From Nitrospinota bacterium (GTDB taxonomy: Bacteria; Nitrospinota; Nitrospinia; Nitrospinales; VA-1), in the NCBI GenBank assembly GCA_038108555.1, contig JAYNIA010000018.1:1-44659 (forward strand): a stretch of 44,659 nt of DNA, read 5' to 3'. Below, piece by piece: positions 18,484-28,378 of the stretch. Below the pieces are notes generated by a model. The model saw nothing but the letters and a program-made list of their open reading frames with translations. It searched no databases and had not been told where the DNA came from. Within the stretch, counting starts at the first letter, position 1; every line of letters begins with the position of its first letter. The position numbers were made by a program, and so were the translations under genes.

Positions 18484-19064
18484 TCCTCCGAATCTTCATT
18501 CTTTGCGCTTAGCGCTTTAAGTTCTTCCCAGCTATTAATCAGGTCAGTATCATCATAATCGTCTTCTTCTTCGTAGTAAAAATCTTTTAAATCGTCCACG
18601 TGCAGATGACATAGCCGCGTCCTGCTCTTTGCATTTTTCAGTGCTTCAATTCCTTCACGTCGGATTCGGTTAGAGGTGATATAAAGATGCTTGAGCTTTT
18701 TAAGGACCTGTGATTCTGCAATTGCAATTGCCCCTTCATCCTCCACAAGGTTTCCATAGAGGCTTAGCTTCTTTAAATTGGACATATAAGGAGATTCGGC
18801 AATCGCCTTGACCCCATCATCACTGATTACATTTCCATAGATATCAAGATCCGTGAGATTTTTAAAGTTCTCCGAGTTGACTATGGCAATGATCCCTTCG
18901 TCACTAATATTGTTATTGGGAAGCATGAGTTTCTTCAAACGTTTGATGCTTCTCGATTTTGACAAGGTAATCGCACCCTTATCACCAATATTCTGGTTAC
19001 TCAAATCCAGATTTTTCTTATCTGGAGTCAAAAATTGTTTTATTAGATATTCAACACTTGCCAC
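18480..19064 (-). CDS. Cytoplasmic leucine-rich repeat protein with acidic tail
   Basis: 28-aa repeats LxxLxLxxNxIxDEG; EEEDDYDD tail; GTG start. Confidence 0.88.
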   Translation of the reverse strand: MASVEYLIKQFLTPDKKNLDLSNQNIGDKGAITLSKSRSIKRLKKLMLPNNNISDEGIIAIVNSENFKNLTDLDIYGNVISDDGVKAIAESPYMSNLKKLSLYGNLVEDEGAIAIAESQVLKKLKHLYITSNRIRREGIEALKNAKSRTRLCHLHVDDLKDFYYEEEDDYDDTDLINSWEELKALSAKNEDSED

Positions 19065-19121
19065 AACATTTACCAGTTAAATTTTTAAAGGTATTGACAA
19101 AGGGTATAACATAAACCTTTT

Positions 19122-21740
19122 CTATTGCTCAAGAAACTCTTTTCTTACCCAGGCCAGTTCCTCTTCACGTGTTTCAACAGAACCTTTCACATGAGCCTCC
19201 CGAAGGCCTTTAAATACAGATTGGAAAACAGGACCCGGTTTCATTCCCAATTCAACCAAATCATCTCCCGTCAAAGAAAGCTCGGCCCGACCATAATATT
19301 GGGTGAAATATATATTTGCGTACTTATTTGCCCTGTCTTTGGATGCCCTTGCCAGGAAATAAATTATCGCTTCGATTGAGAAGTTGGAAAACAGATTGAA
19401 AATGGTCTCCGGTTCCCAATCCTTATCTCTTGCAAGAAGTTCTAACCCTTCTTTGCAGGCATCTCTGTCCCGGGCCAGTGTTTTTTTTAACTTTGCCTGC
19501 ATTTTAAGTCTTTCCGTCACCTGCACAAACGAATTTTCTTCGAGGGAATAAATCAAAGCAAGAAGGTATACATACCAAACTTCAGGTTCCTCCGGCAGGG
19601 AAACCATTTCCCCCCAGGACAAAACCTTTTCAATTCTTTCCAATGCGGAGAAATCACTGGATTCTGCCATCATTGCTGATGAAATAAACTGAAGAAGGCC
19701 AAACTCCTTCATTCTTAAAATACAGTTCAGAGGAGCTTTTTCCTTCAGTATCAATAATATTTCGTTCAACAGACGCGTCCCGCTTAAAGAATCGACCAGA
19801 TTCTTCTTAATGGCGACCTGCATAAACGCTTCTGTCTGTTTGCTGATTTTAAAACCGAACCGCTGTTCAAAACGAATGGATCGAAACAACCTGCAAGGAT
19901 CCTCAATAAAACTCAAATTATGCAAAACATGGATTTCTTTGTTTCTAATATCCCTTTGACCATTAAAATAATCCATCAGGCAAAAGGCCCCGTCCCCATT
20001 GAGTTTTACAGCAATACTATTAATCGTGAAATCTCTTCTGTACAAATCTGACTTCACCGAACTTTGCTCGACTGTGGGCAATGCTGCCGGATGCTCATAG
20101 TATTCCAGCCGTGCGGTGGCTACATCGAGCCTGAAACCATCAGGGAAAATAACAACCGAAGTTCCAAACTTTTCGTGCGACTTTACCCGACCCCCAAACT
20201 CTTCCGCTAGGCGAGAAGCAAATGAAATCCCATCTCCTTCAACAATTATATCTATATCTTTATTTGGAATATTTAAAAGTAAATCACGCACAAAACCACC
20301 AACAGCAAAAACCGTCACCCCGGAATCGCTGGCGACCCGGGATACCCTTTCAAGAATTCCCAACAAGTCTTTTCCAAGTCTTTCCTTAAGCAGGCTTTTT
20401 ACATTTTTTTGACTGCCTATTTTATTCTGACCGGAACCGGCTTTATCGCTGGCATTGGCATGCATGACTCGAAGAATGTCTCCCCGGCTCACAACACCTA
20501 TCAGTTCACCTCCAGGGTCAACAACAGGAATCAGTTTTTGTTTCTCTTCAATTATGATTGGAACTACCGTATTAAAATTTTCTTCTGGCCCGGTAACGGA
20601 AAACTTGCGGATCATTAGTTCTTCAACGCAATCATCCGCCAATTGATGATGAATTGCTTTCTCCACTATCTGCCGGGTAATGAGCCCAACTGGCTTGCCA
20701 TCCTGCAATACTGGCAGTGCATTCAAGTTGTATAGAGTGAGAGAAGATTCCGCTGCCCGGATCGAATCCTTCACCGAAACTGAAACCACAGGAAAATGCA
20801 TAACATGTTTTATGCGATTCGCTGGCTGGACATTTTCTTCCAGGTTTCCCAGAAGTTTTTCACGGGCCTGGACCAGTGTCATATCTTTGATAGTGGCGGA
20901 AGAAGCATTTTGATGCCCCCCTCCCCCAAAAAGCTTGGCCACCCGCCCCACATCGACTTCAGAACCCCGGCTTCGGGCTATCAAATAGCTTTTTTTATCC
21001 ATCCGTATAATGGCAAATAATGCATTCAGATTTTCAAGCTCCAAAATACGGCTCACCACAGTGGCAACGTCATTAATATAGTTTTCCATCGAAGCGGTTG
21101 CCAAAGTAACTTCCACCCCATTGACAATCTGAGTTTCAATATTTGCCACCAACTCATTAAACACATTTAGCTGTCCCTCGTTTAACTCCTGGTGCAAGTA
21201 TCTTGAAATCAGCTCCAGACTAGCCCCTTTTTTCAGAAGGCTTCCTACAGCCATACAATCTTCAGGAGAAGTAGACGAAGACGTTAGAGAACAGGTGTCT
21301 TCATAGATTCCCAAGGCCATCAATGTGCTTTCTATTGGTGTTAAATGGATATTATTTTTTCCCAGCAATTCCGTAAAGATCGTTGAACACGCACCCCTTT
21401 TCTCAATCACAGACTTGCCAATTCTATTATCTAAAATCGGATTTTCATGATGGTCATAAACATGGACCTCAACATTTGGGTCTTTCATTAAAGAGGAAAA
21501 TAACCCTATACGGTCCGGATCGTGTGTGTCCACGACAATCAACAAGTCGACCTTGTCCAGGGCAATGTCTTTGATGCGGACAAACTCCAAAAAAGGTTCC
21601 TCTTGCTCCAGAAAAAGGGTTACTGGCTTTTCAGAGTTTCCTGGCAGAACCAATTGGGCCTCGGGATACAGTTTTTTCGCTGCCATCATCGAAGCGATGC
21701 AGTCGAAATCCGCATTCATATGTGTCGTGATTATTTGCAT
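19122..21740 (-). CDS. DHH-DHHA1-CBS-tRNA nucleotidyltransferase (probable A-adding enzyme)
   Basis: THMNADFD, YDHH, GGGH, CBS pair, GGFVRDLLL..DIDI, DLYRRDFTIN, EDPCRLFR. Confidence 0.92.
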   Translation of the reverse strand: MQIITTHMNADFDCIASMMAAKKLYPEAQLVLPGNSEKPVTLFLEQEEPFLEFVRIKDIALDKVDLLIVVDTHDPDRIGLFSSLMKDPNVEVHVYDHHENPILDNRIGKSVIEKRGACSTIFTELLGKNNIHLTPIESTLMALGIYEDTCSLTSSSTSPEDCMAVGSLLKKGASLELISRYLHQELNEGQLNVFNELVANIETQIVNGVEVTLATASMENYINDVATVVSRILELENLNALFAIIRMDKKSYLIARSRGSEVDVGRVAKLFGGGGHQNASSATIKDMTLVQAREKLLGNLEENVQPANRIKHVMHFPVVSVSVKDSIRAAESSLTLYNLNALPVLQDGKPVGLITRQIVEKAIHHQLADDCVEELMIRKFSVTGPEENFNTVVPIIIEEKQKLIPVVDPGGELIGVVSRGDILRVMHANASDKAGSGQNKIGSQKNVKSLLKERLGKDLLGILERVSRVASDSGVTVFAVGGFVRDLLLNIPNKDIDIIVEGDGISFASRLAEEFGGRVKSHEKFGTSVVIFPDGFRLDVATARLEYYEHPAALPTVEQSSVKSDLYRRDFTINSIAVKLNGDGAFCLMDYFNGQRDIRNKEIHVLHNLSFIEDPCRLFRSIRFEQRFGFKISKQTEAFMQVAIKKNLVDSLSGTRLLNEILLILKEKAPLNCILRMKEFGLLQFISSAMMAESSDFSALERIEKVLSWGEMVSLPEEPEVWYVYLLALIYSLEENSFVQVTERLKMQAKLKKTLARDRDACKEGLELLARDKDWEPETIFNLFSNFSIEAIIYFLARASKDRANKYANIYFTQYYGRAELSLTGDDLVELGMKPGPVFQSVFKGLREAHVKGSVETREEELAWVRKEFLEQ

Positions 21741-21830
21741 CTTTCCAAAAATTGGATTTTAGGGATGTTTAACTATATCACCAAATACCCCTTAATCCTC
21801 GGGGAAATATGGTTTTAGGAAGCTTCCCAC

Positions 21831-22340
21831 CTACATGTGATGGACTTCAATCGATGTATGGAAGGGGATTTCCTGTGGAAGGTTGCAAATTTGATTGTCG
21901 CAAGCACGATAGATCAGCTTCCCCTCAATGGTATATTTCTTTGCGACCGCTTCGGGGGGAACCTGGTAGCTTCTAACAAATTCAATATTACCTTTATGTC
22001 CTTTGACCATTTTCCCGACAGCCCCATCCTGAATTAAAACGGGATTGGGTTCTTCCCAATCACCCACCGCCGTAAAAACAATATTCTCCATTCGTATTTG
22101 TGTTGCCAGAAGTTCGTTTCCTTCCAAGGGATACAAAGAATAAATATGCCATCCCCCTTCCACAAAGATGGACAAATGAAACTTAAACCCTTCACCCGGG
22201 GAAACAACCGATTTACTGGTTAACGCACTAACCTTAATGGGGGCGAGGGAGGATTTTTGCAGCAAACCAAATGGAGATTTTGCAAACAAGGAGGAAGGAA
22301 ACAAAAATAAAAAAAACAGAAAAATTGGGAGTCTTTTCAT
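21831..22340 (-). CDS. Stand-alone DsbD N-terminal (Ig-like) domain protein
   Basis: Signal peptide, GWHIYS, YRACDNQICNLP. Confidence 0.85.
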   Translation of the reverse strand: MKRLPIFLFFLFLFPSSLFAKSPFGLLQKSSLAPIKVSALTSKSVVSPGEGFKFHLSIFVEGGWHIYSLYPLEGNELLATQIRMENIVFTAVGDWEEPNPVLIQDGAVGKMVKGHKGNIEFVRSYQVPPEAVAKKYTIEGKLIYRACDNQICNLPQEIPFHTSIEVHHM

Positions 22341-22367
22341 ATAGAAAGGAAAAGGATTGCGGAGATA

Positions 22368-23438
22368 CTACGGATTGAGTTTGGCTTCTGTTCCAGTTAA
22401 AGCCAGGTACTTCTCAATGGTCTGAACAAATTTTTCTTCTGAAACTGCCCCGGAAAACATTTCGCCGGAAACCATTCCAGATTCATGGTCGTAGGAACCC
22501 AGCAAAAATGTAGGTGTGCCCTGAATTCCAATTTTCACACCATCTTGAATATCTTTTTCCACTCTTCTTTGATACTTGCCGTTTTTCCAGCAGTCCGTGA
22601 ATTTATCGATATCCTTCACCCCAGAAATGCGAGCTGCTTCCAGAACTTCTTCTTTGGTGGATGTTTGGGTCAGGTTCTCATAAAACCAGCGCTGAAGCTC
22701 CCAGAATTTATTTTGATCTCTAGCACACTCCACTGCTTCAGCAAAGCTTTTCGCCGCTTTATGAAAGGGTAGCGGAAAATGACGGTAACCATATTGAACT
22801 GAGTGAGGATATCTTTTTCTTACTTTTTGCAGGGTTTTTTGAACTCTTTTACAAAAAGGACATTGGAAATCTGAAAACTCCAAAACAAAAACGCGAGCCG
22901 TTTTGTTATCCTTCGACCACAGCATCGCAGTTCCTATCCCCGCTGCAAGATGAAAATCATTAGGGGGCGTAAGGTAAACCTTCGCCCATCCCTGTTTAAT
23001 AGCGAACTGATATTGCTGCTCGATATGTATATTTTGAAAACTGTTTCGCAGATGATCCCTGATTGCCCCTCGCATCTCCTGCAGACCTCCTAATTCCTTG
23101 ATACCGGGCGTATTTTCATAGAACTTTTTTATTTCAACATCTGAAATCTTTGGTTCACTTGCGAATGAAATTTCAGGATGAGTCTTTGCAAGAGTTTCAA
23201 GAATCTTTTCTTTCAAGGCACGGGTTTCCATTTGATGGAGCTGCATTAATGCTTCCTGGATACGCACGTGCTTTAAATCGTCACGGTGAATGGGTTGACC
23301 ATCCACTTCAGCAACTATTGGATTGTTGGAAAAATAGGAAAGTGAGGGAGGGTCAGAATAAACCTTCCCAGGCAACAGAATAAGAAAACAAAATAGACTT
23401 ACAAGAGCTGCTTTATTTTTTCGGGAATTTATTAACAC
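22368..23438 (-). CDS. DsbA/BdbD-like thioredoxin-fold protein with SurA-like N-terminal region
   Basis: VAEVDGQPI, EFSDFQCPFC, YRHFPL, GIQGTPTF. Confidence 0.9.
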   Translation of the reverse strand: MLINSRKNKAALVSLFCFLILLPGKVYSDPPSLSYFSNNPIVAEVDGQPIHRDDLKHVRIQEALMQLHQMETRALKEKILETLAKTHPEISFASEPKISDVEIKKFYENTPGIKELGGLQEMRGAIRDHLRNSFQNIHIEQQYQFAIKQGWAKVYLTPPNDFHLAAGIGTAMLWSKDNKTARVFVLEFSDFQCPFCKRVQKTLQKVRKRYPHSVQYGYRHFPLPFHKAAKSFAEAVECARDQNKFWELQRWFYENLTQTSTKEEVLEAARISGVKDIDKFTDCWKNGKYQRRVEKDIQDGVKIGIQGTPTFLLGSYDHESGMVSGEMFSGAVSEEKFVQTIEKYLALTGTEAKLNP

Positions 23439-23662
23439 ACCAGACCTTATAATAAAGAAGAGAAGCTCAAATTCGAGGAAGGGCTATTACGTACAGCCCG
23501 GATTCAAAACCGCTTTCAACTATAGCTTTATTATCCCTCAATCCGCACCCCAAACGCAATCCCTTGTTTCAACTTTGAAAGTACTGGAATACGATCAGGG
23601 TGGGAGAATATTTTAGCTTGCAGAAGATTAAAAAAAATTAATCTACAAAGATTTCCTGAAAA

Positions 23663-24565
23663 TTATTTCTTGAATGTTTCTTCCGGATTTAAAAATTTAT
23701 GACAGTTTTCCGCAAGCTTCATAAATGCCTTGGCTGCAGCTGAATCCGGATAGGAAAGAACCACAGGCTGACCACTATCAGAGTTAGCAACAATATTCCC
23801 ATCCAAAGGAATACTTCCCAGGTAGGGGAGCACCAGTTCTTCCGCTAATTTCTTTCCCCCACCTTTTTTAAATACATCAACTTCCTTATCACAATGGGGG
23901 CAAGTCATGGTACTCATATTTTCAATGACACCCACAATCGGAACATTACTGTCCCGGGAAAATGAAATCATTTTCCTGGCATCCAAAATGGCAAGGTCTT
24001 GAGGTGTGGTCACCACTACCGCCCCATCCACTTCACCAATGAAGTCGATAATTGTTATTTGTTCGTTCCCGGTGCCTGGAGGTAAATCGATCAGGAGATA
24101 ATCTAAGGGACCCCAGTTAATATTTCCCAAAAGCTCAATAATGAAATCATATTTAACGGCATCACGCCAGGCGATATGCATGTTTGGATCTTCGATTAAA
24201 AACCCGAGTGAGGCCACTTTCAAACCATTACTAGTTTCGTACGGATCGATACCCTCATCCGTAGATTTTAAACGTACATTTTCGGCTTGTAACAGTTTGG
24301 GGATATTGGGACCATGTAAATCCGCATCTGCCAGTCCCACCGAATAACCGCTTTCTGCCAAAGCAATTGCCAGATTGGTAGTAACAGTACTTTTTCCTAC
24401 CCCTCCTTTGTTACTGCCAATAATAAGCTTATGCTTAATATCATTCATCCGCTTATTTACAAGCCAGCGGTTATGCTCATTTTTGTCTGCTTTACAATCG
24501 GTTTCATTATTAAATTCACACATCTCACATGTGTGAAGTAACCGACATTCTCCAGTGACAACCAT
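23663..24565 (-). CDS. mrp: Mrp/NBP35 family Fe-S carrier ATPase
   Basis: SNKGGVGKST, DADLHGP, IDLPPGTG, VTTPQ, ENMS...CPHC. Confidence 0.95.
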   Translation of the reverse strand: MVVTGECRLLHTCEMCEFNNETDCKADKNEHNRWLVNKRMNDIKHKLIIGSNKGGVGKSTVTTNLAIALAESGYSVGLADADLHGPNIPKLLQAENVRLKSTDEGIDPYETSNGLKVASLGFLIEDPNMHIAWRDAVKYDFIIELLGNINWGPLDYLLIDLPPGTGNEQITIIDFIGEVDGAVVVTTPQDLAILDARKMISFSRDSNVPIVGVIENMSTMTCPHCDKEVDVFKKGGGKKLAEELVLPYLGSIPLDGNIVANSDSGQPVVLSYPDSAAAKAFMKLAENCHKFLNPEETFKK

Positions 24566-24852
24566 CTAATCCTCCTGAAAAAAATCATAGGGGTTCCCTT
24601 AAAAGTGCAAAATTCGGGGAAACACCCTGAAATAAAATGGGTCTAAACTCTGAGGTTATGTAACTCTGATTTCGATGTCAAGGGAAATAGGGAAAATTCA
24701 AGATTTCCTAAAATAATTGTTCACCTTTTTTCGAAACTTTCTTTCAATATTTTTATCTAAGACCGATGAAGGAGCCACATTTCAAACCCTAAAATTTAAA
24801 GTTTTTACCAAACCGTTTCAAACTAACCATTATTACTTAGGAGCCCTGTTTC

Positions 24853-25599
24853 ATGAAAAACCTTCGTCCAAAACTAGTTTTTCTTACTGTATTGTTTTAT
24901 TCCATGGTCAGTACGGCCGCTTTTGCCAGCAATTCGGTAACTATCACCGAACCTGCAGATGGAGCAAAAATATCCGGCCCTGTAAAAGTCTGCCTTTCCA
25001 CTTCCGGAGTTATGGTAGAGCCTGCAAAAAATGGAGTCCATGAAGGTAAAGGACATCATCATCTCCTGGTGGATGTGGATATTCCCGGCGATTTGAGCAA
25101 ACCTATTGGGAAAGATGCACAGCATGTTCACATGGGCGATGGCTCAAAATGCAAAACACTAAATTTAAAAGCTGGAAAGCACACGATTCGCGCTCTATTT
25201 GCAAAAGGAAACCATGTACCTTATGACCCTGCCATCACTGCAAAGGTCAATGTTGAGGTCCTCTCCAATGTTACAATTACAAGTCCTCCCCATGGAGCTA
25301 TGGTTACCGGACCCGTAAAAGTTTGCCTGGAAACATCTGGTGTTGAAGTTGAACCTGCCAAAAAAGGGGTAAACGAAGGAAAAGGCCATCATCACCTTCT
25401 TGTTAACACGGATGTCCCACGAGATTTGAGTAAACCGATTGGGAAAGATGCCCAGCATGTTCATATGGGCGATGGTTCCACCTGCAAAGAGCTCAATTTG
25501 CCTTCAGGAAAACATACCATCCGCGCTCTCTTTGCAAAAGGAAATCACGTACCTTATGATCCTGCAATAACAACGGCGGTAACCTTTAACGTTAAGTAA
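24853..25599 (+). CDS. Exported protein with two tandem DUF4399 domains
   Basis: Signal peptide AFA; two 111-aa-spaced copies of GHHHLLV...HVHMGDG...GKHTIRALFAKGNHVPY. Confidence 0.85.
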   Translation: MKNLRPKLVFLTVLFYSMVSTAAFASNSVTITEPADGAKISGPVKVCLSTSGVMVEPAKNGVHEGKGHHHLLVDVDIPGDLSKPIGKDAQHVHMGDGSKCKTLNLKAGKHTIRALFAKGNHVPYDPAITAKVNVEVLSNVTITSPPHGAMVTGPVKVCLETSGVEVEPAKKGVNEGKGHHHLLVNTDVPRDLSKPIGKDAQHVHMGDGSTCKELNLPSGKHTIRALFAKGNHVPYDPAITTAVTFNVK

Positions 25600-25608
25600 G
25601 TATAAAAT

Positions 25609-25642
25609 CCCCGGCTCAGCTCTGCTGAGCTGGGGCCTTTTT
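25609..25642 (+). terminator. Rho-independent terminator
   Basis: ccccggctcagc-tct-gctgagctgggg followed by ccttttt. Confidence 0.85.
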
Positions 25643-25771
25643 CCTGCCCCCTGAAGCCCCTCCCCTTAAATTATCATCAAAAAATCTGTTATAATTTAAA
25701 AACAAATTAACTCCTGCGCCATTTTTTCCGGGAAGTTTTTGAAAACCCTGTAATTTATCAAAACTCTCATT

Positions 25772-27127
25772 ATGAGATTTTATAGCAGAAAAATATTAAT
25801 CCTTGCCTTGGCAATTATCCTACTTTCAGGGCACTGGTTAACCGTTTTTGCCTACGAAGCCAACAAAAGTGCTGTCGCCCTGCTGGTGGCTAAAAATGAA
25901 GTGGGTAAAACCGTTGGGACCGGGTCGGGGTTTGTAATTAAACCCGAGGGAACCCTGATAACAAATTATCATGTGCTTGTTGATGCCCACTCGATTAAAG
26001 CCTATTTCCCCAATGGCATTCAAGCAAGGGTTACCGGGATTTTCAAAGTTGACCGCATCAAAGATTTTGCGATTTTAAAATTGGAAGATGGATTTTATTC
26101 AACTCTGGAGTTAGGGGAATCTGCAAATCTAAAATCCTATGACTACAACAGTGCTCTGGGATACCTTTCCGAAAATGTGAAAGAAAATAACGGAATCGTG
26201 GAAGGTGTTGTTGCTCAAACCTACGGATTTATCCTTGGAATTCATCCCCAGGCTTTTTCAAATATCCCTTATTTATACACAACAACAGAGTTTGGTCCGG
26301 GGTTTAGCGGCGGTCCTTTGGTCGATAAAAAAAACAAGGTTGTCGGAATTGCAACTATTGAAGGCCGATCCATCAACCTTGCACTTCCCATTCAGAATAT
26401 TAAGCCTTACCTAAATGAAAAAGAAACCTTTACCTTCAAAGAATTATTGCAACAGGATAAAAATTCAATTGAAGCAAAATATTATCGAGGCAATTTCTAT
26501 TTAAACGGAATGGGAGACCCCAACAAAGCAATCAGCGAATTTGAAAAAATCCTTGCAAAGGATCCCAACTTTACTTTGGCACACTATGACCTTGCTACAG
26601 CTTACGGCGACTTGGGAATGCAAGAGGAAGCCATTCGCCATTATGAAAAAACGATTGAACTGCAACCGCATTTCCCTGAAGCCCTGTCTAATCTGGGGGG
26701 CTTCTATTTTCGTATAGGAAAAATTGAAGAAGCGAAAAACTTGTTTAAAAGGGCCATTGAAGCCTATCCAAATTTCATCCAGGCTCTCTCCAATTTAGGC
26801 GCAGTATTGAATAAGCTCGACCAACCTGAAAAAGCCATCCCACATTTAAAAAAGACTATAGCTTTGAATCCGGAGTTTGCCATTGCTTATTTCAATCTGG
26901 GAAATTCTCAATTTGCCCTGAATCGTTTTGATGAAGCCCAAATTTCTTATAAACGGTCCGTGGAATTGGGGCTTGATTTTCTTTCCACCCACTGGAAGCT
27001 TTATGAAATCCACTTAAAAAACAATGCCCTTAAAAAGGCGGAAGAAGAATTAAAAATCATTCTTGAAATTGATCCTGAAAACGAAAAGGCTCAAAAAAAA
27101 TTATCTAAACTTCCATCCATCCACTAA
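25772..27127 (+). CDS. Trypsin-like serine protease with C-terminal TPR repeats
   Basis: GSGF, TNYHV (His), DFAILK (Asp), GFSGGP (Ser); about 6 TPRs. Confidence 0.9.
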   Translation: MRFYSRKILILALAIILLSGHWLTVFAYEANKSAVALLVAKNEVGKTVGTGSGFVIKPEGTLITNYHVLVDAHSIKAYFPNGIQARVTGIFKVDRIKDFAILKLEDGFYSTLELGESANLKSYDYNSALGYLSENVKENNGIVEGVVAQTYGFILGIHPQAFSNIPYLYTTTEFGPGFSGGPLVDKKNKVVGIATIEGRSINLALPIQNIKPYLNEKETFTFKELLQQDKNSIEAKYYRGNFYLNGMGDPNKAISEFEKILAKDPNFTLAHYDLATAYGDLGMQEEAIRHYEKTIELQPHFPEALSNLGGFYFRIGKIEEAKNLFKRAIEAYPNFIQALSNLGAVLNKLDQPEKAIPHLKKTIALNPEFAIAYFNLGNSQFALNRFDEAQISYKRSVELGLDFLSTHWKLYEIHLKNNALKKAEEELKIILEIDPENEKAQKKLSKLPSIH

Positions 27128-27200
27128 TACCTGAATACCTGCAAAACCTACGGTTTAATTTGGAATATATGACCAAATAGTTTCTCCAGCCCCTTTTTGC

Positions 27201-27398
27201 TATGATGCCTTAATCAGCAAACGCTGTTATAAATCACCCTTCACGCATGAAGCTGCCGTGGATCTCATGGCACAGGGAAAAGGAAGCCATTTTGATCCCG
27301 ATATAATTGATGGCTTTTTAGAAATTCATGAAAATTTTCGATCTATCGCTATTTCAAACGCAGATCATGAAGAGGAGCGTATTCATTTAGCCAAATAA
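27201..27398 (+). pseudogene. C-terminal remnant of an HD-GYP (RpfG-like) c-di-GMP phosphodiesterase gene
   Basis: Manual translation YDALISKRCYKSPFTHEAAVDLMAQGKGSHFDPDIIDGFLEIHENFRSIAISNADHEEERIHLAK*; in-frame TAA at 27156-27158 upstream with no intervening start codon. Confidence 0.85.
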
Positions 27399-27444
27399 TT
27401 TTGGTTTTAAAGAAAAATCTAAAACGTAAAACCACCCTTCTGAT

Positions 27445-28371
27445 TTACAGACTACTGATCGTTTCAGTCACTACCGAGAACACAGAAAACATACTTTCTG
27501 GAGAACATTTGTCCAGGGTATCTTCCTGGGTATGCCAGTAAGGATAGTCAAAATCTATCAAAACGGTCGCAGGAATTCCCAACTTGTAAAAAGGGTAATG
27601 GTCATCGTAAATGGTATATTTTGATTGCGGAATAAAAGAGAATACTTTTTGTTTCTTCGCAACAGAATAAATCCTGTCAAGAAAACGACCGCTGCTTTTA
27701 AGGGAATGTGTCTCTTTGTAAATTTGTAAATCCTTGTCCCCAATCATATCGATAACCAACACCCAATGAGGCCAGGACGCCCGGTCCACCCCCAGCAGAC
27801 TTTGGGCATAATGGGTGGAACCTAATAAATTAAGACCCGATCCTACCGCCCCAAAATCCTCCCCATCAAAAAATACCAGGTGGATGGGTCTTGGAGCAGG
27901 ATGCTGAAAAAGGTATTGCGCCAAGGCCAGCAAGACGGCTGTCGAAGAACCCCCGTCATTGGCCCCGAGAATGGGCTGGGCTCTTTTTTCAGGGTCCTCT
28001 TCCTGATCTGCAAAAGGCCGGGTATCAAAATGAGACCCTATTATTATAGGAGCCCCACCTTTCGTTCCTGAAAACTGCAATTCCAGATTTACCATCCGAA
28101 TATTTTTCCCTTCAGACACCTGAACCTCAAATGGCTTTTCTACAACCTGGTCGGCATACTTTTTCCCCACGCGACGGATAACATCGATCGTCTTGAAATA
28201 ACCCTCACTGCCAGGGTTTCGCGGGCCAAATTCGCAAAGAGTTTCAAGATAATCCCATATGATTCGTGAATATTTTTTACCGTCCATTGCCTCACTGGAA
28301 CCTCCTTGCAAGGAAAACAGGAAAATGCCCAAGACAAAGAACGAGAAGAATTTAAACAATGGTCTTTTCAT
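27445..28371 (-). CDS. M28-family metalloprotein, glutaminyl cyclase-like
   Basis: GSHFDTR, GANDGGSS, FFDGEDFG, IDMIGD, DDHYPF, YWHT..D; signal peptide. Confidence 0.85.
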   Translation of the reverse strand: MKRPLFKFFSFFVLGIFLFSLQGGSSEAMDGKKYSRIIWDYLETLCEFGPRNPGSEGYFKTIDVIRRVGKKYADQVVEKPFEVQVSEGKNIRMVNLELQFSGTKGGAPIIIGSHFDTRPFADQEEDPEKRAQPILGANDGGSSTAVLLALAQYLFQHPAPRPIHLVFFDGEDFGAVGSGLNLLGSTHYAQSLLGVDRASWPHWVLVIDMIGDKDLQIYKETHSLKSSGRFLDRIYSVAKKQKVFSFIPQSKYTIYDDHYPFYKLGIPATVLIDFDYPYWHTQEDTLDKCSPESMFSVFSVVTETISSL

Positions 28372-28378
28372 AATTTCA

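Noticed and set aside
23481..23499. Hairpin upstream of the DsbA-like gene as riboswitch/ncRNA
   Set aside because: Only a 7-bp stem; no recognisable aptamer features
24744..24769. Third sigma28 promoter before the DUF4399 gene (TCAA...ACCGATGA)
   Set aside because: Spacing is one base short and the -35 is weak
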